A stretch of 64,000 nt of DNA from Endomicrobiales bacterium (GTDB lineage Bacteria > Elusimicrobiota > Endomicrobiia > Endomicrobiales > JALOBY01): positions 64,001 through 128,000 of the forward strand of contig CAWCNJ010000005.1 in NCBI GenBank assembly GCA_963796955.1. Reading direction: 5' to 3'. The notes under the pieces were generated by a model. That model searched no databases. It was not told where the DNA came from and was given only the letters and a program-made list of their open reading frames with translations. Below, in pieces: positions 1 through 9,222 of this stretch (positions are counted from its first letter, which is position 1; every line of letters begins with the position of its first letter). The position numbers and the translations under genes were made by a program.

Positions 1-631
1 CTATAAGGAAATATTCCTGCTCGGGCCCTACGGAACCGAAAGCGCGTTTGCCTTTGGTGTTTATGCCAAAAAGCTCGCCCAGGCGGTTAGCCTGGCGGGA
101 AAGAGCGTCCATGGAACGGAGAAGGGGTATCTTTTTATCCAGCGCTTCGCCGTGGTATGAGTAAAACATTGTCGGTATGCAGAGTGTCGCACCGGTGTCA
201 GAACGTTTAATGAAAGCCGGGGACGAGGGATCCCACACGGTGTACCCGCGGGCTTCTGCTGTTGCGCGCAGACCGCCCGACGGAAAGCTGGAAGCATCGG
301 GTTCGCCCTGGATAAGCTCTTTGCCTGAGAATTTCCAGACCGCTCCGCCCTCACCGTCAGGGGAAAGGAAGGAATCGTGTTTTTCAGCGGTGGTGCCGGT
401 CAGGGGCTGGAACCAATGGGTAAAATGTGTTGCGCCCTTTGAAAGCGCCCAATCCTTCATTGCGCCGGCGACTTCGTCAGCTATTTTGGGATCCAGGGTT
501 TTACCTTCTTTTATCGTTGCACGCAGGGAATTATACGCTTTATCGGACAAATATTCCTTCATTACCTTCAGCGAAAATACATCTTCACCGTAGTTCTTCA
601 CAACCGACGAGGCAGCCTTCTTCGTAGCCAT
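1..631 (-). CDS. glnA: Glutamine synthetase type III, 5' part (runs off the window edge; absent from the ORF track)
   Basis: My translation from ATG 631 (SD AAGGAGA at 637-643): [28 protein letters not shown]...[23 protein letters not shown]...[38 protein letters not shown]. These are the characteristic GSIII N-terminal motifs. Confidence 0.95.
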   Translation of the reverse strand, partial: MATKKAASSVVKNYGEDVFSLKVMKEYLSDKAYNSLRATIKEGKTLDPKIADEVAGAMKDWALSKGATHFTHWFQPLTGTTAEKHDSFLSPDGEGGAVWKFSGKELIQGEPDASSFPSGGLRATAEARGYTVWDPSSPAFIKRSDTGATLCIPTMFYSYHGEALDKKIPLLRSMDALSRQANRLGELFGINTKGKRAFGSVGPEQEYFLI

Positions 632-660
632 TAGAGTCTCCTTCAAATTTATGTTGCCCC

Positions 661-743
661 AAATAAAAAAGCCCTTGCTCACGCAACAATATTGTGTGAG
701 GTAAGGACCTCGTTGTCCTTTGCCGTGTGCTCACCGCTGATCA
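661..743 (-). promoter_or_regulatory. ANTAR-type dual-hairpin antitermination element overlapping an intrinsic terminator in the glnA leader
   Basis: Minus strand: P1 UGAUC-AGCGGU-GAGCA (728-743), 9-nt linker, P2 GGAC-AACGAG-GUCC (705-718). Both hexaloops have A1/G4. P2 overlaps the 5' arm of a long hairpin followed by a U-tract (661-708). Confidence 0.75.
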
Positions 744-767
744 AACCATGATTATCGGGGCTACTTA

Positions 768-797
768 TATATACAAAATATGGAATTGCGGTGTCAA
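768..797 (-). promoter_or_regulatory. Probable sigma-70 promoter of glnA
   Basis: TTGACA (792-797), then about 18 nt to a TATATA/TATAAG-like -10, just upstream of the ANTAR hairpins. Confidence 0.5.
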
Positions 798-813
798 GCA
801 AATGTGCACCTAA

Positions 814-849
814 AAGAACAGCCTCGCATTGACGTGCAAGGCTGTTCTT
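814..849 (-). terminator. Intrinsic terminator after the TonB-dependent receptor gene
   Basis: Inverted repeat AAGAACAGCC...GGCTGTTCTT just past the stop codon at 874. Confidence 0.7.
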
Positions 850-873
850 GTACTAAGACGCTTCTACCGTAAT

Positions 874-2973
874 TTAGAATTTATAATACGCGGTAACATC
901 GATCGTTGCGCCCCTTGGAGCTTCAACTGACATCCTGAACGGCGCGGCCACGAGATTTCTATTATCAAAAATATTCTTGCCCGTAAGCGCAACATCTAGC
1001 CTGTTTCTAATTACATTGTTCCAGCATAAACCAAGATCTGCATAAACCTGATTGTTTATGTATGCCCATTCACCGCCGGATGCATAATTAAAATACCCGG
1101 GCTGTTGCGTAAAGTAGTGCACGGCAGGGCTCAGGAACACATTTTCTATTACCTTATACTCGCCTATTAGATTTGCCATGATCTTGGGGACTGCCACGGC
1201 ATCGCCGGCCGGATCAGCAACGGAAATAGTAGAACCTGCGGCGCCCAGGATGCCGCCTACCGTACTGGAATAGGCAGTGTATGGGGTAAAATCTGTCTTT
1301 TGATAGCTCGCATTAGAGGTTAAGGTGAAGCTGTCGCTGAACTTTGTCTGTATTTCTAATTCAGCGCCGCCGCCTTGGAAGTTGCCAACGTTTGTGGCCG
1401 GGCTATACCAGGAAATATAGTTATCAAGCTTCTGAATATAAAAGTTTAACGATATCCTGCTTTTTGCCGCATACACAATGTTATCCCATTCCAACGCGCT
1501 CAAAACTTCCGGTACTTTGGCGTTCGGCTGGGATGCCCAGGACCAAATTGGAGCAACTTTCGCGCTGCCCCAAATTTCATTATATACACTGGCGGCAGCA
1601 TCAGGCATGTGGGTAGCGGTATTATACAGCAGTTTGGTAATGAACTTATCAACCGGCTTATAAACCAAAGCCACCCTGGGGGAAAGATAGATTTTATCCT
1701 TGTCTTCGAGGATCGAATCTTTGTCGCCCCTGCAGGCGCCTGTCAGCGTAAGGTTATCGTTAACTTTGTACTCATCAGACAAATATAAGCCAACGGCAGG
1801 GATATCGGCGTTCTCTATCATCTGCCAGGCATCCGTATTACCGGGTGCCACCGGAGACGGGTTGCTTGCGGCAAAATCCGCTAGATAATTGTCACGCACC
1901 TGTCTGTTTTTGTATTGCAGCCCCGCCTGGAAAAAGTTACTCGGTTTTTTGTATTGAACAGAATACTCTAAGCCGTAATCTTTTTCATTCCAGTCAAGAG
2001 TTCCTGAATCATCGTTGATATCAACGCTTTGCAGTTTTGTCCGGACCGTTCGTTTTGAATCATACGTCATTTTAAAATCGCCGGTCAGTCCATCCAGCAG
2101 ATCATTAAGGCTGTGGTTGTTATCAAGCACTACCGAATCCATGAATTCAAAACGATGACCCGGCGCCGCCAAAGATCCATCCGCATTACCGCCGTTTGCG
2201 GTATCGCTATTGATCGAATTTGCAAGAATGGTCCAGTTATTGACCTGCGCCTTGCCGGTAAGCATATAGCTGGGATAGATTGTCAGGACATTACTATCCA
2301 GGTTATCATTATCATTAGGGATCAACACTTTCGACGGCCTCATATTTACGCCGTTATCCTCATTAAAGGTTGCCGATGTCATAACGCTTACCTTGTCCGA
2401 CAATTTAGAACCGGATACTATCGAGGTTCCAAACTTGCCCTGGTTGCCTCCATGGACGATAACTTCACTGCCATCAGGCTGCTTTGTTATTAAGTTAATT
2501 ATAGCGCACAACGTGTCCGCGCCATACAACACGGAACCGGGACCTACTATGATCTCTATTTTTTCCACGTTGTCCAGGTTTATAGGTCCCTCAAGACAAC
2601 CCTCATTGGCGCTTACTATCGGGTGGCCGTCTATCATTATTGTGATCTTTTCATTATCATTGGGCGCTATGCCTCTTACCTGGGCGACACTGGTAATGTC
2701 CTTGTAAAACACGTTCATGCTGGGGATGGATCTTAGAACGTCCGACAGCGTGTTATACCCTCTCTCTTTGATCTGCTGGGCTGTAACAACATACATCGCA
2801 TTTGGCGCCTCGTCTATAGATTCCGCTTTCTTTGATGCCGTCACAACCATCGGGATTTCCATGAACAGCAGGTCTTCGGAACTACCTCTACTCACCTGCT
2901 CTAAACCCATAGCCTGGAACGGCAACGCACACACAGCCAGCAGGGACACCATCGCAACATGTAGCTTACACAT
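874..2973 (-). CDS. TonB-dependent outer-membrane receptor
   Basis: Signal peptide; plug motifs VVTASKK..IDEAP...VRG...NVEKIEIIVGPGSVLYGA; C-terminal Phe (YYKF). Start moved to ATG 2973 because of the GGGAGGA SD. Confidence 0.92.
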   Translation of the reverse strand: MCKLHVAMVSLLAVCALPFQAMGLEQVSRGSSEDLLFMEIPMVVTASKKAESIDEAPNAMYVVTAQQIKERGYNTLSDVLRSIPSMNVFYKDITSVAQVRGIAPNDNEKITIMIDGHPIVSANEGCLEGPINLDNVEKIEIIVGPGSVLYGADTLCAIINLITKQPDGSEVIVHGGNQGKFGTSIVSGSKLSDKVSVMTSATFNEDNGVNMRPSKVLIPNDNDNLDSNVLTIYPSYMLTGKAQVNNWTILANSINSDTANGGNADGSLAAPGHRFEFMDSVVLDNNHSLNDLLDGLTGDFKMTYDSKRTVRTKLQSVDINDDSGTLDWNEKDYGLEYSVQYKKPSNFFQAGLQYKNRQVRDNYLADFAASNPSPVAPGNTDAWQMIENADIPAVGLYLSDEYKVNDNLTLTGACRGDKDSILEDKDKIYLSPRVALVYKPVDKFITKLLYNTATHMPDAAASVYNEIWGSAKVAPIWSWASQPNAKVPEVLSALEWDNIVYAAKSRISLNFYIQKLDNYISWYSPATNVGNFQGGGAELEIQTKFSDSFTLTSNASYQKTDFTPYTAYSSTVGGILGAAGSTISVADPAGDAVAVPKIMANLIGEYKVIENVFLSPAVHYFTQQPGYFNYASGGEWAYINNQVYADLGLCWNNVIRNRLDVALTGKNIFDNRNLVAAPFRMSVEAPRGATIDVTAYYKF

Positions 2974-3076
2974 CGATCCTCCCTGAAACTTTATAATTAT
3001 TTCAATAACTACAATAATTCTAACTATTACCCTGTCGGATGTCAATGCTTTTATAATTCGTGCCAGACGGGTTCAT

Positions 3077-3120
3077 AAAAAAGCCACTCCCCATATATAC
3101 CCTATATATATGAGGAGTGG
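3077..3120 (-). terminator. Intrinsic terminator of the lipoprotein operon
   Basis: CCACTCCTCATATATA-loop-TATATATGGGGAGTGG followed by T6 on the minus strand. Confidence 0.75.
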
Positions 3121-3159
3121 GCTGGAAGCTTTTATAGGCGGAAGAACGATTACGATGAA

Positions 3160-3699
3160 CTATTTGCCCTGCTTTTCCTGCTCGGCATCAAGTTTGTCAA
3201 AGGCCTTGTCGGCGTTGGCTTTGATGTATTCTTTTACCTGGGCGCTAAGCTGGTTTACCTGGTCGGTCATCGATTTCAGATCGGCAAGGTCGAGAGCGGC
3301 AAGGGCATAGGTGACTTTGCCGTCATCGTAACGATCGATTATCTTTACGCCCGACAGTGTGTTAGACGAGAATGTTTTGACCGTGTTCTCGACATACTGC
3401 TCACCGCTGGTCTTTTCTGCCTCTGTGGCCGCGGCCGATGCCATGTAATCGCGCATGAGGGACGTTGACATGGTCGAGATCTGCTTGGAAACTTCGTTTA
3501 TAGCGCGGTTATCGGCCGTTGTGCGGCGAAGGGCCTCAGAGCGGATCTGTTCGGCAAGGCCGACGCCGTACAGTACCTTCTTGCCGTCTTTAAATGCGGC
3601 GCTGCCTTTGGTGACCCAATCCGGACGCTTCGGGCCGCTGGCGCAGCCTGCGAACACCATAAACAACGCTACGAGAGACAATGCTAATGCTTTCTTCAT
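3160..3699 (-). CDS. LPP20-family lipoprotein
   Basis: Lipobox FAGC, PDWV motif, YGVG, A...A..E helix. Confidence 0.75.
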   Translation of the reverse strand: MKKALALSLVALFMVFAGCASGPKRPDWVTKGSAAFKDGKKVLYGVGLAEQIRSEALRRTTADNRAINEVSKQISTMSTSLMRDYMASAAATEAEKTSGEQYVENTVKTFSSNTLSGVKIIDRYDDGKVTYALAALDLADLKSMTDQVNQLSAQVKEYIKANADKAFDKLDAEQEKQGK

Positions 3700-3756
3700 A
3701 CGATTTCCCTCCCGGGATGTCCGCCGCGGCGGACGAATTCTGTGGCAGCTACACCG

Positions 3757-4779
3757 CTACTCTCCGAATAAATAGTTTTTTACCAGCACTTCGGCGATAG
3801 ACGCCGCTTCCTGTTTGCTGATGGATTGTGCCTTTTGCTTTACTGCTTCGTCGGTAAGCTGGGAGACCTGGCCTTCTTTAGAATCGCTGGCCAGTATCTT
3901 TTCATTATTGAAATAATCCAGTAGTTGCACTGAACATTGATAGGTATAGAATTTCCAATCCGGATTATTACGCTCAAGCGGCTCCAATGAAGATTGAGCG
4001 CGTATCAGCAGCAGGGTGTCCGGCCCGGAAGCCGGCACAGCCTCCTGTACCTTAAACCCCAGGGCGGATATTTTTGAACCGATCAGCTCTTTGGCGCCGG
4101 GCTGCGCCGCCTCAATAATGAACTTTAACTTATTAAGGGCGAGCCGCTGGCGTTGTTGGATCTCAGTTCTGGAGACCGCGTCAACATCGGCTACCGCGAC
4201 CGGATCGACAACCCGTTTTTCAGCCGCAAGAGCATTTTTTTTATCCAGCGCCTTAAGAGCAGCGGCGTAATCACGCACCTGCTCGATGGCCGAGACCGTT
4301 TCTTTAGCCGCCTTCAACTGTGCTTCGACCGTTTGTTCCTGCTCCGCGATCTGCCCGGCAAGCGCCATGCGTAACTTTTGTTTATCCAGCACCGCGAGGG
4401 CGTATTGCGAAGCGTTCTTCGGGTCCAGCCAGGTTTCAGTGATCTCTACGCCTTCCAACTGCATGTCGGTCATGACTTGCGTATTTACAGAGGCTTCTAC
4501 TGAACTCGAATTGGCGGATTTTTTTCCGGACTGAACCGTGCGTTCGCTCTGGGTTTCTTTGGCCAGCTGGCTTACCTGAGCTTTAAAAACCTTTGCAACC
4601 TCCGCGCGCGCATTACCGCGGGCGCCGTCAAGGGAATCGGCTATACCGACGCCGATAAGATATTTATCGGCGGGGTACTGGGCGCTTATGCCGTTTACCC
4701 AATCAGGGGCGGAAGATCTCGCGATAGCACATACGCTGCACAACAACAGCAACGCGACAACAGACGACAGTTTCTTCAC
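3757..4779 (-). CDS. LPP20-domain secreted protein
   Basis: Signal peptide, PDWV...YLIGVG...ARGNARAEVAK...LEGVEI, typical of LPP20 domains. Confidence 0.7.
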   Translation of the reverse strand: MKKLSSVVALLLLCSVCAIARSSAPDWVNGISAQYPADKYLIGVGIADSLDGARGNARAEVAKVFKAQVSQLAKETQSERTVQSGKKSANSSSVEASVNTQVMTDMQLEGVEITETWLDPKNASQYALAVLDKQKLRMALAGQIAEQEQTVEAQLKAAKETVSAIEQVRDYAAALKALDKKNALAAEKRVVDPVAVADVDAVSRTEIQQRQRLALNKLKFIIEAAQPGAKELIGSKISALGFKVQEAVPASGPDTLLLIRAQSSLEPLERNNPDWKFYTYQCSVQLLDYFNNEKILASDSKEGQVSQLTDEAVKQKAQSISKQEAASIAEVLVKNYLFGE

Positions 4780-4794
4780 AGTATCTCCTATGGA

Positions 4795-6213
4795 TCATTT
4801 AGCCGAGCGGACTTCGGCAAAGGTTTTCTTTTTCGCGACTATTTTCACATTCTCCAGCAGTTGTTCCCCAACCACCGAGCCGGAACGGTTCCTGAAGGTG
4901 ACTTTGATCGTGTGCGTGCCGGCGGGCAGGGGAATACGGACGGTCATTATTTTGTCCGGTAATGAACGCCAGCTGCGCTTATCGGAGGTTTCTGTACCGG
5001 TGGCAACGGCGCTCAGACCTTTTTTGGCGAGACTGGCGGCGAATTTGCCGTAGTTTTTCTCGACCATGTCGGAGACTTGTTTGGCAAGTATATGTTTTAC
5101 TGCCGCCCGGGCAATGGCCTTTATGCGGACGCGGTTGATATGGTCATCAAGGTTGGTTTTGGCTATAGAGCCGATATCGTCGGCCAATTGACCCGAGACC
5201 GGAAGACCGTTCAGATCTACCACCTGAGCTTCCACGGACACGGCTTCATACGGTATGTCGTCGTATTTCGGGAAGGCGATACGGATCATATCGTCGGCAA
5301 TGACAGATTTGGCGAGGCCTGCCGCCATGGCGGTTTTTTGGGCGTCTTCACCCTTCGGCTTCATCAAGGCGACGTTCGCCCAGGCTTTCCCAAAGGCCAT
5401 ATCGATAAAGAAATCAACCTTCTCGGGCGAGTAACCGGTGTAGGAAAGCAAAACCAGTTCTCCGGAACCCGCGGGAATGGTGTACGGGAAAACAGTAAAA
5501 TTCTTTTTTATATCGGCAATGTCATCGTTCATGCCAAGCTTTGCTGCAAGGCGCAGCGCGTCCGCCACCAGCTCCGTTGGAGGTGCGCAGTTAAAGTATT
5601 TGAACCCGTCTTTATACGCCTTCAGCGCCTGGTAATAAGAAATGTAGGCGTCATTAAGCTCGCCCATGTTCTCTTGCAGCATGCCCATAAGGTAGCGGGC
5701 GAAGGCGTCTTCTTTATAAATATTCTTTGATCCGGTATCGGTTTGCAGTTTGGTAAGGAACTGGTCCACCTGGCGGGCTTCTACCAGAGCGTCGTTGTCC
5801 TTGCCGAGGAAGGCATAATTCAAGGCAGAGAAGATATTTATGAGAGCGCGTTCAAAATCCTCGCCGTAATAAGGGCGGGTGTTGTCGCTGACCAGGAAAG
5901 TCGAGAGCTCGGTGGTAACGCTTTTTGTGAAATAATCGTCGGAAATCTTTTTGGCGCGCTCGAAAGACTCATTGCTTGCATCGTACTGGCCGGAAAGGTG
6001 CTGCAGGTAGCCAAGGTCAAGGTAATAGAGCAGGGCGTTCTTCTCGCCGTAGGACGTCATTTTTTCTGATTCTATCAGACCGGCGGCCTCGGGGTACCGT
6101 TTTTCGCCGATCATTTTATTCAAGTTGTTGTAGTAAGCGGTATTAGTGGCGCAGGAGGTAAGCAGGATTGCGCCGAAAGCGGCTGTCAGCAGGCATTTGA
6201 TGAGAGACTTCAT
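4795..6213 (-). CDS. COG3014-family TPR-like lipoprotein
   Basis: Lipobox LTSC; LLYYLDLG, PYYGEDFE, ALVEARQ and DKRSWRSLP motifs. Start reassigned to ATG 6213. Confidence 0.8.
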   Translation of the reverse strand: MKSLIKCLLTAAFGAILLTSCATNTAYYNNLNKMIGEKRYPEAAGLIESEKMTSYGEKNALLYYLDLGYLQHLSGQYDASNESFERAKKISDDYFTKSVTTELSTFLVSDNTRPYYGEDFERALINIFSALNYAFLGKDNDALVEARQVDQFLTKLQTDTGSKNIYKEDAFARYLMGMLQENMGELNDAYISYYQALKAYKDGFKYFNCAPPTELVADALRLAAKLGMNDDIADIKKNFTVFPYTIPAGSGELVLLSYTGYSPEKVDFFIDMAFGKAWANVALMKPKGEDAQKTAMAAGLAKSVIADDMIRIAFPKYDDIPYEAVSVEAQVVDLNGLPVSGQLADDIGSIAKTNLDDHINRVRIKAIARAAVKHILAKQVSDMVEKNYGKFAASLAKKGLSAVATGTETSDKRSWRSLPDKIMTVRIPLPAGTHTIKVTFRNRSGSVVGEQLLENVKIVAKKKTFAEVRSAK

Positions 6214-6251
6214 AAATTTCGATCCCCTGTTCGCAAAACGACGGTAAAACA

Positions 6252-6308
6252 AGATCCTTTGCCCTTCTCCGCCGGAGCTTTAGCGCAGGCGGAGCGGACA
6301 AAGGATCT
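6252..6308. repeat. Intergenic hairpin containing a short palindromic repeat element
   Basis: AGATCCTTTG...CAAAGGATCT arms enclose TCCGCCGGAGCTTTAGCGCAGGCGGA. The inner part matches 24512-24536 at 20 of 25 nt. Confidence 0.6.
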
Positions 6309-6321
6309 ATAAATATAGTTT

Positions 6322-6936
6322 TTAGAAGCTTGAGCTGCTCTTTTTCACGACTTTCTTTATTTTCTTCTGGCCTATCCAGGCTTTTTCGCCGTTAGACATA
6401 TCTATCAGTTCAAGTTCTATCTGGTAGTACTTAAGGGATATCTTGCCGGCTTCGTCCATGATCGTGTTGATCTTGCCTTTTATCATGAAGTCCGCGCCGG
6501 TTTCATTTCCCGCAGCTTTGGCGCTAGACATGGAGGCGTTCTTGGCCTGATCCTCGCGTTCTGCGCGCATCTCTTCACGTTGCGATTTTGAAGCGACGAA
6601 TTTAACGCGGCCGGAATTGGTAAGTTCGCGCTCAAGGTCGGCAACAAACGTCTCGGTATTTATATGTTCATGGCTTTTGTTCAATACTTCGCCGACGATA
6701 ACACGGGGCTTGTTCTTCTTGGCGGTCACAAATTCGTCCAGCCAGGGGCGGCTGAGTGAGTCATTGATCATTTCTTTGGAGACAAGCTGGGAGTCCGTAT
6801 CGTTCCAATTGCCGCTGACGTCTATCATGGCATCGGATGACTCGCGGGTAACGACCGGCATACTGGAGCAGCCTGAAATACCGAACACTACAACGGCGGC
6901 TGCTGCACTTGCTGCAAGGGCGCGTACTAATTTCAT
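6322..6936 (-). CDS. lpoB: LpoB/YcfM-like lipoprotein (penicillin-binding protein activator family)
   Basis: Lipobox ISGC; D.SGNWNDTD, NKSHEHI, GADFMIKGKI and YYQIELELID..GEKAW motifs. ATG 6936 has a GGAGG SD. Confidence 0.7.
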   Translation of the reverse strand: MKLVRALAASAAAAVVVFGISGCSSMPVVTRESSDAMIDVSGNWNDTDSQLVSKEMINDSLSRPWLDEFVTAKKNKPRVIVGEVLNKSHEHINTETFVADLERELTNSGRVKFVASKSQREEMRAEREDQAKNASMSSAKAAGNETGADFMIKGKINTIMDEAGKISLKYYQIELELIDMSNGEKAWIGQKKIKKVVKKSSSSF

Positions 6937-7010
6937 TGTGGATCCTCCATTTATCTGCCTTCGTGCGGTACGAATAATCCTAACAAAAATCATCAGTATG
7001 GTCAAGGCTT

Positions 7011-9116
7011 TTATGCGACGCAGCTTTTAAAATTAAACTTGACGGTATTAACCGGATTTTCGCCTGCGCTATACGCCTCAAACACCGACTGCCACAACTT
7101 TTTATCCGTCTTACTATACGACAGATCTATGCCGAAGTTTTGCACGCCGATCTCTTTGAGTTTTCTTATACCCGTAAAGATACTGACCGGTTTTTCCGGT
7201 ATCAGCAGACTGAGCTCCGATTCAAACACCGGGTAAAACGCCGAACGGAGCGCATGTTCGTGGGCGCCGTTCGCAGGAGCGCGGTCGGATACTTTGCCTG
7301 CGGTAAGCATTTCGCGGGTAATGAACCTTGAGCGCACGACCGGCACGAAACCATACGTATACACGACCAGATGTTTGCCAAGACCCGGGCCGCACATTTT
7401 GCGGATATTCAGGAAATCGTCTTCCCAGGAAACGGTAACATAGCGCACGCCAAGGCCCGCCCAAAATGCCGCCGTATACGCATTCCAGGTGTACAGCAGG
7501 TGACCGGCTATCAACGCTACATCCCTGCCTTTGAACAATTCAAAATGCGAAACATTATTAAGGACCCAGCCGGTCACCCCGGCGGCGATCATCGTGTCTA
7601 TCGCCTGTTTATACAGTTCGATATCCCGCTGGGCGATAAAAGGCGGCAGTTCGCCTAAGAATCTGCGGCCGCTTGTTTGCAAGGATCTGCACTGATGAAG
7701 ATTTTCTTTTGTAAGGTAGAGGACATAGCGGGCACCGGGTATTTCCGGTAACACAGTAAGCCAGTCGGCATTATCGAACCGTATCCACAAGGCGTCTTTC
7801 GCGGCGGCATGGACACCGGCACTCTTCGCTTCTTTCCAGATATTGGAGATCAGCGAAGTATACGTCTGTGCAAGCGGCTGGCTTTTGCGCAGGCCCGGGC
7901 CGTGTTTGGCCGTGAACGCCTTGTACATCGCGTCGATCTCGGTCGAAATATCCTGCTGGTCGCCGGCGGCATCAATAGTCTTAAAAACCGGGTTGCCAGC
8001 GGCGAATCTATCTGCTTTTTCAAAGGGGATCGTGCATAGCAGCCCTTCACGGGCGCATTCCTTGATCTTAAATGAGATGGTTATATCGGTTGCGGGGTTT
8101 GAAAGACGCAGGCGGTCGCCCGCGGCGATTTGAACTGATTCATCGTTGAGTGTTATTGAAAGCACGCCGTTATTACTTGCGGTGATCTCGCCTATGCCGT
8201 TGCCCAGACACTGGGCTTTGAGGGGCTGAAAAAGATGCTCATCGCGCCCGGAAAAGAGCGCAGTGGTTTTTTCGCGTGCAGCATCGCCGGAAAGTATCTT
8301 TCCAGCCTCAGCCAGGGCGGCGGCAAAATCGCTCTCCGGAGCGTCTATCAGCATACGGTAGGCCTTCACTGTTTTATAGACGTACTCGCTGCTTCTCATG
8401 CGGCCTTCGATCTTCAATGAGGCGACACCGATCTGTTTTAGTTTTTGTATGTGTGCGGCAAGCTCCAGATCCCTGGGTGAAAATAAGTACCCCTGCCGGT
8501 TGCCGTTTTGCCACAGCCGCCGACAAGGCTGGGTACAGCGCCCGCGGTTGCCGCTGAGACCGCCGATAAAGCTGGAGAACAAACACATGCCTGAAAGAGA
8601 AAAACAAAGGGCCCCGTGACAAAAGATCTCTATAGGGATAGGCGAGCCTTTAACGATCGCTTTCAGCTCCGAGAACGTAAGCTCTCTGGCCAGTATCGCC
8701 CGCTTGAAGGAATGCCGCGCAAGAAAATCGACGCCCATCCTGTTATGCACGGCCATCTGGGTGCTGGCGTGCAACTCCAGGTCCGGGTAATATTTGGCTA
8801 TGATACTAGCTATGCCAAGATCCTGCACTATAACCGCATCAGGCCGCAACCTGTTTATATATGAAATACTTTTAACTACGTCATTTATCTCTTCGTGTTT
8901 AACGAGGGTATTGAGGGCAAGAAAAACTTTAACGTTTTTTTCATGGGCGTGGTCTATGATGACCTGCAGATCATATTCGTTTATGTTGTCGGCGGAAATA
9001 CGCGCATTAAAGCCGGGTACGCCCATATACACGGCGTTGGCGCCGGCGCGTACCGCGGTAATAAAAGATTCCTTGCTGCCGACGGGGGCGAGCAGTTCGA
9101 TGGTTTTTGTACTCAT
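7011..9116 (-). CDS. U32-family protein (RlhA-like long form; probable Fe-S RNA hydroxylase)
   Basis: ELLAPVG, GANAVY.G, HASTQM, EIFCHGALC.SLSG.C...NRGRCTQPCR, LKIEGRM. Confidence 0.9.
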   Translation of the reverse strand: MSTKTIELLAPVGSKESFITAVRAGANAVYMGVPGFNARISADNINEYDLQVIIDHAHEKNVKVFLALNTLVKHEEINDVVKSISYINRLRPDAVIVQDLGIASIIAKYYPDLELHASTQMAVHNRMGVDFLARHSFKRAILARELTFSELKAIVKGSPIPIEIFCHGALCFSLSGMCLFSSFIGGLSGNRGRCTQPCRRLWQNGNRQGYLFSPRDLELAAHIQKLKQIGVASLKIEGRMRSSEYVYKTVKAYRMLIDAPESDFAAALAEAGKILSGDAAREKTTALFSGRDEHLFQPLKAQCLGNGIGEITASNNGVLSITLNDESVQIAAGDRLRLSNPATDITISFKIKECAREGLLCTIPFEKADRFAAGNPVFKTIDAAGDQQDISTEIDAMYKAFTAKHGPGLRKSQPLAQTYTSLISNIWKEAKSAGVHAAAKDALWIRFDNADWLTVLPEIPGARYVLYLTKENLHQCRSLQTSGRRFLGELPPFIAQRDIELYKQAIDTMIAAGVTGWVLNNVSHFELFKGRDVALIAGHLLYTWNAYTAAFWAGLGVRYVTVSWEDDFLNIRKMCGPGLGKHLVVYTYGFVPVVRSRFITREMLTAGKVSDRAPANGAHEHALRSAFYPVFESELSLLIPEKPVSIFTGIRKLKEIGVQNFGIDLSYSKTDKKLWQSVFEAYSAGENPVNTVKFNFKSCVA

Positions 9117-9222
9117 GGGTCTAATTAGCCTCTATTAAATGAGAAATTTCAGGAAAGGAACTGCGTATATCAGATATCGAATGTTTTTAAACATGTAAAA
9201 TCTAGTCAAATGTAGCGATCTC

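Noticed and set aside
61..627. ORF-track ORFs 61-354, 177-593 and 427-627
   Set aside because: They are shadow frames of the GSIII gene, which the track missed because it runs off the window edge.
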